Sequence record: NC_049462.1
Length of the DNA: 64,000 nucleotides
Direction: 5' to 3' (one strand)
Source: Klebsiella phage Magnus
This document shows, piece after piece, positions 56,561 through 64,000 of this stretch (positions are counted from its first letter, which is position 1; every line of letters begins with the position of its first letter). The position numbers and the translations under genes were made by a program. The notes under the pieces were generated by a model. It was not told the DNA's origin and made no database searches. It was given only the letters and a program-made list of their open reading frames with translations.

Positions 56561-57229
56561 ATGATGAAACTGTTGCGTGAGATCACGGCGATAGGAAAGG
56601 AACTTCAGATCGGGGAAGCGCAAACTTCCACTGGTGGGAAGGCCATGTTCATCGAAGGTCCGTTTGTGATGTGTAACCAGGTTAACCGCAACGGGCGCAA
56701 CTACGACCTTGAAAAAGTCGGTCGCCCTGCTGTGGAAGCATATGACCGGGAATACATTCAAGATCGTCGCGCAATCGGTGAACTCAAGCATCCTGACTAT
56801 CCATTTCCTGATATCGAACATGCCGCCCTCAAAACCGAGTCACTCGTGTGGCAAGGCAACAATGCAATCGGGCGGGCGCGTATTTTAAACACCCCCAAAG
56901 GTCAGATCATCCGTGCTCTGGCTGATGCGGACTTCAACCTGGCTGTCTCTACACGTGGCCTGGGTGAGACAGTAGAAGTTAACGGCTATGATGATGTCAA
57001 GCCGGGCTTCATGCTTACCGCTGTTGATGCTGTCGACCGTCCTTCTGGACAAGTTTGTTATGTAAAAGCGGTTCACGAATCTGTAGACTGGCAACTTGAT
57101 GAATCCTCTGGTATCTGGATGCCACGGGACATCAAAGGTCAGGTTGTAGACAATCTGGTTAAACACAATAGCCAGCTTGAAGACGACTTCCTGCGCCGTC
57201 TTGATTTAGCTCTTAAAAAATTGGGTTGA
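56561..57229 (+). CDS. 21: prohead protease, T4 gp21-like
   Basis: 'FIEGPFVMCNQVNRNGRNYD...IGELKHP...GRARILNTPKG...VSTRGLGE' matches T4 gp21 'YIEGIFMQAEVVNRNKRLYP...LGELNHP...GRARVIEG...VSSRGLGS'. Confidence 0.85.
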   Translation: MMKLLREITAIGKELQIGEAQTSTGGKAMFIEGPFVMCNQVNRNGRNYDLEKVGRPAVEAYDREYIQDRRAIGELKHPDYPFPDIEHAALKTESLVWQGNNAIGRARILNTPKGQIIRALADADFNLAVSTRGLGETVEVNGYDDVKPGFMLTAVDAVDRPSGQVCYVKAVHESVDWQLDESSGIWMPRDIKGQVVDNLVKHNSQLEDDFLRRLDLALKKLG

Positions 57230-57239
57230 TTTCAGCTCA

Positions 57240-57247
57240 CTAAATAC
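57240..57247 (+). promoter_or_regulatory. late-promoter-like motif CTAAATAC
   Basis: 28 nt upstream of gp22 ATG 57275. Confidence 0.4.
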
Positions 57248-57274
57248 TGAAAAATCGTTCAGAAGGAAATTATC

Positions 57275-58135
57275 ATGAAACCTGAATTACAAAAACTGTT
57301 TGAGGGCGTTAATGGCCTCAGCACCGAGTTCCTGGACAAAGTGAGCGGTCTGATGGAGGCTAAAGTCGGCGAAGCCCGTCTTCAGGCTATCCAAGAGACT
57401 GAACATGTTGCCCACCAGGAACGTCTGAAACTGGTGGAAGCGCATCAGCAAGAAATCGCTAACCTGAAAGAAACTCATATTCAGGAAGTGGCGGCCAAAG
57501 TTGATGCATTCCTGAATGCCGTGGTTGAAGAATGGGCGAACAAAAATGCTCCGGCTATTGACGCTACCATCAAAACCGAAGCGGCTGAAAAATTCCTGTC
57601 TGGTATGGTCAACGTGCTGAAAGAAGCCAACGTTGAATTTACTGTAGACACCGACGGCCAGATCGCGGCCCTGACTCATCGTCTGGCGGAAGCAGAAAAA
57701 CGTGCAAACGTTTCTGAATCCGAGCTGAAACAGATCCGCGAACAAGAAAGTATCCGCCAGCGCAATAACGTCATTGACGAAATTTGCGAAGGCATGGTCA
57801 GTACCAAAAAAGAAGTCGTTGTTGGCCTTCTGGAAGGTATTCAATTTTCTGACGCCTCTTCCTTCGGCGCTCGCGTTCGCACCTTCCGCAACCTGGTAGA
57901 AGGTAACAAAGACGACTTTACTGACAAAGTCGGTAAAGACAACGAAGGTGGTAAATCTTCTGATGATAAGGAAAAAGACATCAAAGAAGGCAAAAAACAG
58001 AAAAAAGAAGGCGACGATCCTGATGATGACGATGACGACAACGACGATGACCCTGATGAAACCGACAAAGAACTGAAAGAGTCGGTCAGCCGTCAGCTGG
58101 AAGAATACCGTCGTATGCGTGGTCTGAAAGGCTAA
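57275..58135 (+). CDS. 22: prohead scaffold protein, T4 gp22-like (286 aa)
   Basis: Coiled-coil, very acidic, with a D-rich C-terminus 'DDPDDDDDDNDDDPDE'; sits between gp21 and gp23. Confidence 0.7.
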   Translation: MKPELQKLFEGVNGLSTEFLDKVSGLMEAKVGEARLQAIQETEHVAHQERLKLVEAHQQEIANLKETHIQEVAAKVDAFLNAVVEEWANKNAPAIDATIKTEAAEKFLSGMVNVLKEANVEFTVDTDGQIAALTHRLAEAEKRANVSESELKQIREQESIRQRNNVIDEICEGMVSTKKEVVVGLLEGIQFSDASSFGARVRTFRNLVEGNKDDFTDKVGKDNEGGKSSDDKEKDIKEGKKQKKEGDDPDDDDDDNDDDPDETDKELKESVSRQLEEYRRMRGLKG

Positions 58136-58229
58136 ATTTTGCAGCCACAGCCCTCTATAAAAGGGGGCTTGATTTTGAACGACTAAGTAATTTCAACTTA
58201 ACTGAATATCAATGTAAGGAATGAGCATC

Positions 58230-59552
58230 ATGGCTAAGAAACTTGTTACTGAACAAATGCGCGAAACGTGGCTGCCGGTTCTGAATGAAGAATCCAAATC
58301 TATTCAGCCGCTGTCTGCCGAAAACGTCGCGGTTCGCCTGCTGCAGAACCAGGCCGAATGGAACGCCAAAAACCTGGGCGAATCCGAAGCGCCGGGTTCT
58401 CTGAACACCACTGTCGGTAAATGGCAACCGGTTCTGATCGATATGGCAAAACGTCTGGCGCCGATCAACATCGCGATGGACTTCTTCGGCGTTCAGCCGC
58501 TGTCTGGTCCGGACGGTCAGATCTTCGCACTGCGTGCTCGCCAGGGCGTTGCTGACGGTTCTAATACCCAGCAGTCCCGTAAAGAACTGTTCATGCAGGA
58601 AGCCGATTCCGGTTATTCTGGTGACGGTACTGTACAGGCTGGTGACCCGTCTGGCTTCACCCAGGCTGAGATCGAAGGTTCCGGCGCTGGCACCACCACC
58701 ATCGGTAAAGGTATGCCGTCGACCGACGCTGAACTGCTGGGCTCTCCGTCCAATCCGTGGGCGCGTGTTGGTATCACCGTTCAAAAAGCGACCGTTACTG
58801 CGAAATCTCGCGGCCTGTACGCTGATTACAGCCACGAACTGCGCCAGGACATGATGGCGATCCACGGCGAAGACGTGGACAACATTCTGTCCGACGTGAT
58901 GGTAACTGAAATTCAGGCGGAAATGAACCGCGAATTCATCCGCACCATGAACTTCAGCGCAGTACGTTTCAAAAAATTCGGCACCAACGGTATCGTAGAC
59001 ATCGCTCAGGATATCTCCGGTCGTTGGGCGCTGGAAAAATGGAAATTCCTGACCTTCATCCTGGAAGTTGAAGCGAACGGTATCGGCGTTGACACCCGTC
59101 GTGGTAAAGGCAACCGTGTCCTGTGTTCCCCGAACGTAGCATCCGCGCTGGCAATGTCCGGCATGCTGGATTACGCTCCGGTTCTGCAGGAAAACACCAA
59201 GCTGGCGGTTGACCCGACTGGTCAGACCTTTGCGGGCGTTCTGTCCAACGGTATGCGCGTCTATATCGACCCGTATGCAGTAGCAGAATATATCACCCTG
59301 GCGTACAAAGGCGCAACTGCGCTGGATGCTGGTATCTTCTTCGCACCTTACGTGCCGCTGGAAATGTACCGCACCCAGGGTGAAAGCACCTTCGCACCGC
59401 GTATGGCGTTCAAAACCCGTTACGGCATCTGCGCGAACCCGTTCGTACAGATCCCGGCTACCCAAGACCCGCAGGTATACGTTACCTCCGACGGCATCGC
59501 CCAGGACAGTAACCCGTACTTCCGTAAAGGTCTCATCAAATCTCTGTTCTAA
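58230..59552 (+). CDS. 23: major capsid protein, T4 gp23-like (~440 aa)
   Basis: About 45-50% identity to T4 gp23 in aligned blocks ('IAMDFFGVQPLSGPDGQIFALRA', 'DAGIFFAPYVPLEMYRTQGESTFAPRMAFKTRYGICANPF'). Start at 58221 or 58230; 58230 has better RBS spacing. Confidence 0.95.
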   Translation: MAKKLVTEQMRETWLPVLNEESKSIQPLSAENVAVRLLQNQAEWNAKNLGESEAPGSLNTTVGKWQPVLIDMAKRLAPINIAMDFFGVQPLSGPDGQIFALRARQGVADGSNTQQSRKELFMQEADSGYSGDGTVQAGDPSGFTQAEIEGSGAGTTTIGKGMPSTDAELLGSPSNPWARVGITVQKATVTAKSRGLYADYSHELRQDMMAIHGEDVDNILSDVMVTEIQAEMNREFIRTMNFSAVRFKKFGTNGIVDIAQDISGRWALEKWKFLTFILEVEANGIGVDTRRGKGNRVLCSPNVASALAMSGMLDYAPVLQENTKLAVDPTGQTFAGVLSNGMRVYIDPYAVAEYITLAYKGATALDAGIFFAPYVPLEMYRTQGESTFAPRMAFKTRYGICANPFVQIPATQDPQVYVTSDGIAQDSNPYFRKGLIKSLF

Positions 59553-59573
59553 TCGGACAGCTGATCTGAATCA

Positions 59574-59606
59574 AACCCCGCCATGTGCGGGGTTTTTATT
59601 TGCTCA
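59574..59606 (+). terminator. strong rho-independent terminator after the capsid gene
   Basis: AAACCCCGC-CATGT-GCGGGGTTT followed by TTATTTG. Confidence 0.7.
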
Positions 59607-59625
59607 AATTTATTTATTGAATCAC

Positions 59626-59654
59626 TTTACTTCTTCAATAACCTTCCTTATACT
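59626..59654 (+). promoter_or_regulatory. T4-type early promoter TTTACT-N17-TATACT with the conserved spacer TCTTCAATAA
   Basis: -35 at 59626-59631, -10 at 59649-59654; AAATTTATTTATTGAA UP-like tract upstream. Confidence 0.5.
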
Positions 59655-59701
59655 TCAATCCATAGCAGTAATACACCAACTTGAAACGAAGGAACTACAC
59701 C

Positions 59702-60058
59702 ATGACTAAATCTGAAATCAACGCAATCCTGAAAGACCTCGGTTACGGCAGCATGAAGATGAGAGCAGGTCTGTATGAGACTCCTAAATGTGCTCGCAAC
59801 CGTCAGGGTAAAATGATCAAAGGCATTTGGTGTGGTGACGTAGGCCCAACCACGGTGACCTCTCCTCACCTGAACGGGTACGAAAAAGTCGTCCGCGAGT
59901 TCTGTAACAAAGTGTGTGGCCGGGTGGATGAGTCCCTGTCCACCCACGACTTGAAGGTAGTAGCATTTGGCGACAACCTGGTGTCATTCACCCTCAGCAG
60001 CTACCCATATGGTGGTGATTATGACCGCTACTACGCGATCGTGACAATCCGCAAATAA
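59702..60058 (+). CDS. hypothetical early protein (118 aa)
   Basis: ORF starting at MTKSEI, after the conserved leader TGAAACGAAGGAACTACACC. Confidence 0.5.
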   Translation: MTKSEINAILKDLGYGSMKMRAGLYETPKCARNRQGKMIKGIWCGDVGPTTVTSPHLNGYEKVVREFCNKVCGRVDESLSTHDLKVVAFGDNLVSFTLSSYPYGGDYDRYYAIVTIRK

Positions 60059-60061
60059 CCC

Positions 60062-60090
60062 ACCCCGCTCCGGCGGGGTTTTTCTTTATA
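60062..60090 (+). terminator. Rho-independent terminator
   Basis: ACCCCGC-TCCG-GCGGGGT followed by TTTTCTTTA. Confidence 0.6.
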
Positions 60091-60138
60091 TGCCCTCCAG
60101 CTTATCATGATATGGTCTATCACTGAGGAAACCAAATC

Positions 60139-60474
60139 ATGAGTATTCAATTAACCATTTCTTCCCTGATTCCAGCGTTCGGTAGCAATCTGGAACAAAT
60201 CAATTTCATCCGTAAACGTCTGGAAGATGTGGCGTTCCAATTGGGGTATGTGGAACCTCCTCGGGAAGTAAAAGAAGCGGAGGATGTCGCATCGCCTTCC
60301 AACCTCATCGATGCGTATGATGAAATCGGACGTAAAACGAATGTTGCTATACAGCAAATCTTTGAATATCTGGGGTTCATAGAAAATGCGCTGGGGAATT
60401 CTTACCATCCCCAATCTGATTCGGCCAAGGAATTTGCTCCAACATCCATTGCTGGATCATCTAATGGTATTTAA
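60139..60474 (+). CDS. hypothetical protein (111 aa)
   Basis: ORF with a GAGGAAA RBS. Confidence 0.5.
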   Translation: MSIQLTISSLIPAFGSNLEQINFIRKRLEDVAFQLGYVEPPREVKEAEDVASPSNLIDAYDEIGRKTNVAIQQIFEYLGFIENALGNSYHPQSDSAKEFAPTSIAGSSNGI

Positions 60475-60476
60475 AA

Positions 60477-60506
60477 GAAAGGGCGCTCTTGCGCCCTTTT
60501 ATTTGG
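60477..60506 (+). terminator. Rho-independent terminator
   Basis: AAAGGGCGC-TCTT-GCGCCCTTT followed by TATTTGG. Confidence 0.6.
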
Positions 60507-60513
60507 GGGGGAT

Positions 60514-60762
60514 ATGTACTCAAATATCTCAAACTCTGAAGCCCTGTCTTTGGCTAAACGATACCATTGCTTCAGGTCCCGCGCCGGGCATTCCTGGGAT
60601 AAAAAGGCTTGGATCAAGCAATTACAGTTACAAATAGAGATGATGGAATCTCTTTCCTCTCAGTGCGGAAATAACCCATTCGCCGCCCGTTGCCTTGAAC
60701 AGGAGTATGCAACTCTTAAAATGCAACTGAACACTGCGATGTCACACGTATTGCATTCTTAA
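60514..60762 (+). CDS. hypothetical protein (82 aa)
   Basis: ORF. Confidence 0.4.
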   Translation: MYSNISNSEALSLAKRYHCFRSRAGHSWDKKAWIKQLQLQIEMMESLSSQCGNNPFAARCLEQEYATLKMQLNTAMSHVLHS

Positions 60763-60820
60763 CTTTTCAATAACCAGATTTCAATTATTATTGCCCCACA
60801 AACCTAACGAGGAACAACTG

Positions 60821-61027
60821 ATGGCCCGTGAAGACAACTCTCAAATTTCTACCAACGCCAACTCAACCTTCAATGAGTGGCACAACACCCTTGAGCGCGT
60901 AGCGCGTTCTCAAGGCGGTTCAGCTGCTGACGCCGATGCCTGGCGTGAAGATTATGACAACGGCAAAACGCCGCGCCAGGCATGGGAAGACGAATGGGGA
61001 TGGGAAGATGCAGACACTAATTCGTAA
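60821..61027 (+). CDS. hypothetical acidic, Trp-rich protein (68 aa)
   Basis: ORF starting at MAREDN with a GAGGAA RBS. Confidence 0.4.
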   Translation: MAREDNSQISTNANSTFNEWHNTLERVARSQGGSAADADAWREDYDNGKTPRQAWEDEWGWEDADTNS

Positions 61028-61238
61028 AATCTTTCTGGATAAAAAGGGAATGGAATCAAAGGTCGAAATCATCACGACTCAAAAATTGTTTGAGAAAGGT
61101 GAAACTCGATACTATCTTAATGTGTTCCTTTACCTTCCAGAATGCAGCCTGAACCGCGATATTACCCAACCGGATGGAACTGTGGTCCGTTGGGAAATAG
61201 CCAAACAGGAAGATGTTGAAAGAGACATAACACTTTGA
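61008..61238 (+). CDS. hypothetical protein (~76 aa)
   Basis: ORF, start taken at MQTLIRK; overlaps the previous stop. Confidence 0.3.
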   Translation: MQTLIRKIFLDKKGMESKVEIITTQKLFEKGETRYYLNVFLYLPECSLNRDITQPDGTVVRWEIAKQEDVERDITL

Positions 61239-61253
61239 AGCGAGATCTATATC

Positions 61254-61691
61254 ATGACAAATAAATTCATTTTTCTGGACGTTCGCGGTAAACGATTCTT
61301 CAAAACTGATCTGGACGAAAAGACAGAAGGGTTCCAGGGGCGATTGTCATATTTGTTGCCGACAGGCGATATCGACACCCAAAGATATGTGGCGGATGTA
61401 CGGGATCTCCTGGATTGTGGTTGGGTTGAAATTCCTAACCCCCAGGTGTTGACCGTCAATCTGTATTACATGAAGGAAAGTGGGAAGTATTATTCCAATG
61501 GAGAACTCCACCTCCTTCGTTCTGAAGTCACTGCCGATCCAGCCAAGAGTTGGTACAATGCTAGAGAAACCGTCCGGAAGATGGTTGATGAAGGCAATTT
61601 GCCTGGCCTGGTATCTGGTTCTCGTTACGATGTGTTCATGTCCTGTGAAGAGCACCCTTGTTATGTGCCCACTTTGGTGAAGGTGAAATGA
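61254..61691 (+). CDS. hypothetical protein (145 aa)
   Basis: ORF. Confidence 0.5.
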   Translation: MTNKFIFLDVRGKRFFKTDLDEKTEGFQGRLSYLLPTGDIDTQRYVADVRDLLDCGWVEIPNPQVLTVNLYYMKESGKYYSNGELHLLRSEVTADPAKSWYNARETVRKMVDEGNLPGLVSGSRYDVFMSCEEHPCYVPTLVKVK

Positions 61692-62131
61692 TGAAAACTC
61701 TTGAACAAATTTTAGAAGGTCATAAATCAGGAACTTTGTCAGCGGCTTTAGACGGTCGCGATTTGTCCCGTCTGGCACAGTTCCTGACAGTTGAGCAAAT
61801 TGAAAGCCTGGGACTGTCTTTTAAATCTCCTGAAAAACGTGAATCCCATGTCCCGGTTGAATTCACCAAAGAAAATATCCTGAAACAACTGGAAAAGGAC
61901 GTCGCCTTTGGGTTTGAAAAGGCTCTGAATCGTCGTGGGATTAGTTCTAGCCTTATGTACGAAGTCGTACAAATGTGGAACTGTATCCTTGAAGAAGGTC
62001 TCGAAGATTTTGATTCGTATGCGATGTACGGCCTTCCTCTGTTTAAAGCAACTGCTGTCAAATACGGGTTTGACAACCCAATCGGTGATGACACAGGTGC
62101 TGAAGATTATTATGAAGAGCAGGGCTATTAA
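61688..62131 (+). CDS. hypothetical protein (147 aa)
   Basis: ORF translationally coupled (ATGATG overlap) with an AAGGTGA RBS. Confidence 0.5.
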   Translation: MMKTLEQILEGHKSGTLSAALDGRDLSRLAQFLTVEQIESLGLSFKSPEKRESHVPVEFTKENILKQLEKDVAFGFEKALNRRGISSSLMYEVVQMWNCILEEGLEDFDSYAMYGLPLFKATAVKYGFDNPIGDDTGAEDYYEEQGY

Positions 62132-62133
62132 TA

Positions 62134-62369
62134 TGCGTATCAAAAAGATCGGATCCAGCCCGCTGACTGGTACTATCTTCTACGGCACCCTGGAGACCAA
62201 AACCAGCATGTGGGTAGGGGAAAAGGTTGATGTGACCAATGATTGTGTTGCGGCTACGGCTGAGCACATGCGTTGTGTTGGGAAGGATTATTGTTTCCCG
62301 ACTTTGGACGGTAAATTCTTGGTATTGTCAGCTGAAATTCACGATACCCTTCCGGACCGCTTCAAATAG
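62134..62369 (+). CDS. hypothetical protein (78 aa)
   Basis: ORF. Confidence 0.4.
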
Positions 62370-62395
62370 ATTTAAAAATAATTCAATAAACGGGG

Positions 62396-62423
62396 TTTAC
62401 TTCTTCAATAAACCCCGTATACT
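62396..62423 (+). promoter_or_regulatory. T4-type early promoter TTTACT-N16-TATACT; the -35 lies in the loop of a hairpin ACGGGG...CCCCGT
   Basis: -35 at 62396-62401, -10 at 62418-62423; the same TCTTCAATAA spacer as at 59626 and 15377. Confidence 0.5.
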
Positions 62424-62472
62424 TCATTTCATAAGCAGTACGACACCAACTCTGAAATGAAGGAACTACATT

Positions 62473-62724
62473 ATGGCACGTACAATCCACGATTTTAAAG
62501 ACTCCGATATCCTGACCTACGGTATGAACGGTCGCCTGGTAGTTCTGAACGACGGTGGTAGCGAAGAACGTTATAACACCACTCTGGTTTTCGAAAACAA
62601 AGTGATTTACTCCAACACCCGCGAAGGCATGAAACGTGCCCTGACCAACCCGAATTCTGGCCTGACCCGTTTGCTGCCTAAACAGTGCCATGCAGTTGCC
62701 CGCGCCCTGGCTGGCCGCTTCTAA
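62473..62724 (+). CDS. hypothetical early protein (83 aa)
   Basis: ORF after the conserved leader TGAAATGAAGGAACTACATT. Confidence 0.5.
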   Translation: MARTIHDFKDSDILTYGMNGRLVVLNDGGSEERYNTTLVFENKVIYSNTREGMKRALTNPNSGLTRLLPKQCHAVARALAGRF

Positions 62725-62734
62725 CCTAAATCTG

Positions 62735-62758
62735 AAGCCCCTCCGGGGGCTTACTTTG
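62735..62758 (+). terminator. terminator-like hairpin
   Basis: AAGCCCC-TCCG-GGGGCTT followed by ACTTTG. Confidence 0.45.
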
Positions 62759-62777
62759 AAACGAAGGAACTATATCA

Positions 62778-63076
62778 TGAACAATACACCAACTACTAAA
62801 ACCCCTCTGGCCATCGATCCTCGGTTTATCATTGAAGCAAAAGCGAACCAAATGGGTGCCTATGTGTACTCCCTGTATATCGGTGAAACATACGTTCTCT
62901 GTTTGGGTATAGACGGCGAGAAGAATGAGCGCGGTGTCCGTGAGCGTTATATCCCCAAAAACGCAGATGAAGATGCGACCAGATTTGCCAAGCACATCCT
63001 AGACCGCATTGCAGCGGGAAAGCCGTATAAAAACGGGGAAAGGGGATGGGCGACGGATCTGCTGAATAAAGCGTAA
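62778..63076 (+). CDS. hypothetical early protein (99 aa)
   Basis: ORF starting at MNNTPTT, after the leader TGAAACGAAGGAACTATATC. Confidence 0.5.
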
Positions 63077-63142
63077 GTATTCAATGTATTCTATCAGGGT
63101 ATGATTCGTTTTATACCATCAACAAATAGTTGAGGCTTCACC

Positions 63143-63424
63143 ATGGCGAACAAAACTATAGCGACTTCTCTACCACCTTTAGATTTTAGTTTAGACCAAT
63201 CCCATAAACATCGTCTGTCTATCCATTATCGTATAGCGGCGGCGGTATCAGATGGCAGGGAGACAATTGAGTTTTACCGACCTGCCACTTCGGCCAAAGC
63301 TCATCGTGATACTTATGTTATTTTGCGTGAATTACGTGAACTTGGGGTTGATATTGAACCCATGCCGTGTAGCAATCCTTTGCTTAATCTCTTCGTTTTG
63401 AGCAACTTCGAGAATTGGAAATGA
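63143..63424 (+). CDS. hypothetical protein (93 aa)
   Basis: ORF. Confidence 0.45.
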   Translation: MANKTIATSLPPLDFSLDQSHKHRLSIHYRIAAAVSDGRETIEFYRPATSAKAHRDTYVILRELRELGVDIEPMPCSNPLLNLFVLSNFENWK

Positions 63425-63864
63425 AGACCATTATTCTCATAACTGGTTCGCGTTCTATTACAGAACGTGACAAAATCTTTGAAAAGTTAGACGAACTTTC
63501 TCATACAGATTCCGTTTGTAATCTGTATCTTCCGTGCGAGACCCTATTGATCGCTGGGGAGGCTGTCGGTGTCGATACGATCTGCAAAGATTGGGCTGAA
63601 TCCAGAGGGGTGACTTATCTTGGGATGCCTATCCCCGATGAATACTTCGCTACATATGGGAAAGGGGCTGGAAACAAACGCAACCAGGACATGTTAGACA
63701 AGGCGTTGGAGTTATCACAGAAATACAAGGCGGAGATACTGCCTCTGGCTTTCTGGGACGGTTCATCGACTGGTACGCAGGATATGATCAAACGAATCAA
63801 CAAAGCAGGGTTGCATTGTAAGGTCATGCTCTTGGGTAAGCCAAAAACCAAACGCCTTCTGTAA
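63415..63864 (+). CDS. SLOG/DUF2493-like Rossmann-fold protein (149 aa)
   Basis: 'ILITGSRS', 'GEAVGVDT' and 'WDGSSTGTQDMI' resemble the LOG/DprA-like SLOG nucleotide-binding signature. Confidence 0.4.
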   Translation: MEMKTIILITGSRSITERDKIFEKLDELSHTDSVCNLYLPCETLLIAGEAVGVDTICKDWAESRGVTYLGMPIPDEYFATYGKGAGNKRNQDMLDKALELSQKYKAEILPLAFWDGSSTGTQDMIKRINKAGLHCKVMLLGKPKTKRLL

Positions 63865-63887
63865 TTTGTTAACACTGGAGACGTCCC

Positions 63888-64000
63888 ATGATCATTTTTC
63901 AACTGTTTTGCTATTTGTTCACTCTGTACTTTCTGGTTGCTGTCGGTTATGAAACCTTCCGTGATCTGGAATCGAGCCAGTATTCATCCAAACTGGTTTA
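63888..64000 (+). CDS. membrane protein, 5' partial (runs off the window)
   Basis: ATG with a GGAG RBS; hydrophobic 'MIIFQLFCYLFTLYFLVAVGY'. Confidence 0.35.
   Translation, partial: MIIFQLFCYLFTLYFLVAVGYETFRDLESSQYSSKLV

Noticed and set aside
60761-60800. Fourth copy of the early promoter (AACTTTTCAATAACCAG...)
   Set aside because: It shares only the TTCAATAAC core. The -35 and -10 hexamers are poor (TTAACT / AATTAT) and the spacing is ambiguous.

Overview
This 64-kb window is a slice of a T4-like (Straboviridae-related) myovirus genome. By eye the GC is about 45%, with local shifts. From left to right:

- 1-18.7 kb: minus-strand early and replication genes. These include a T4 gp43-like family-B DNA polymerase, a large GHKL-ATPase protein, and a LemA-family protein. 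Also here: a P-loop nucleotide kinase, a 405-aa unknown, a HAD 5'-deoxynucleotidase and a PLP-dependent enzyme, which together look like a nucleotide-pool or DNA base-modification module.
- 18.8-23.6 kb: a zone with no ORFs on the gene-sense strand. It holds at least 5 minus-strand tRNAs (Gln, Asn, Ser, Arg, Met/Ile), then about 3.2 kb of GC-enriched sequence full of long-range inverted repeats and tRNA T-arm-like motifs. I read this as candidate large structured ncRNA(s).
- 24.7-45 kb: a gp6-like baseplate wedge gene followed by a cluster of fiber and tailspike genes. Their N-terminal anchor domains are conserved, their C-terminal beta-helix modules are AT-rich, and the cluster ends in a 1612-aa structural protein.
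- 45.6-59.6 kb: the canonical T4 late module in order gp13-14-15-16-17-18-(GIY-YIG HEG)-19-20-67/68-like-21-22-23. The large terminase carries a 159-aa mini-intein inserted in its Walker-A P-loop.
- 59.6-64 kb: small early genes driven by T4-type early promoters (GTTTAC-N16/17-TATACT) that share a conserved leader.

A late-promoter-like motif, CTAAATA(c/t), precedes most structural genes. It also sits in a hairpin upstream of a highly acidic (DNA-mimic-like) protein gene. All calls come from reading the sequence; no database search was possible.
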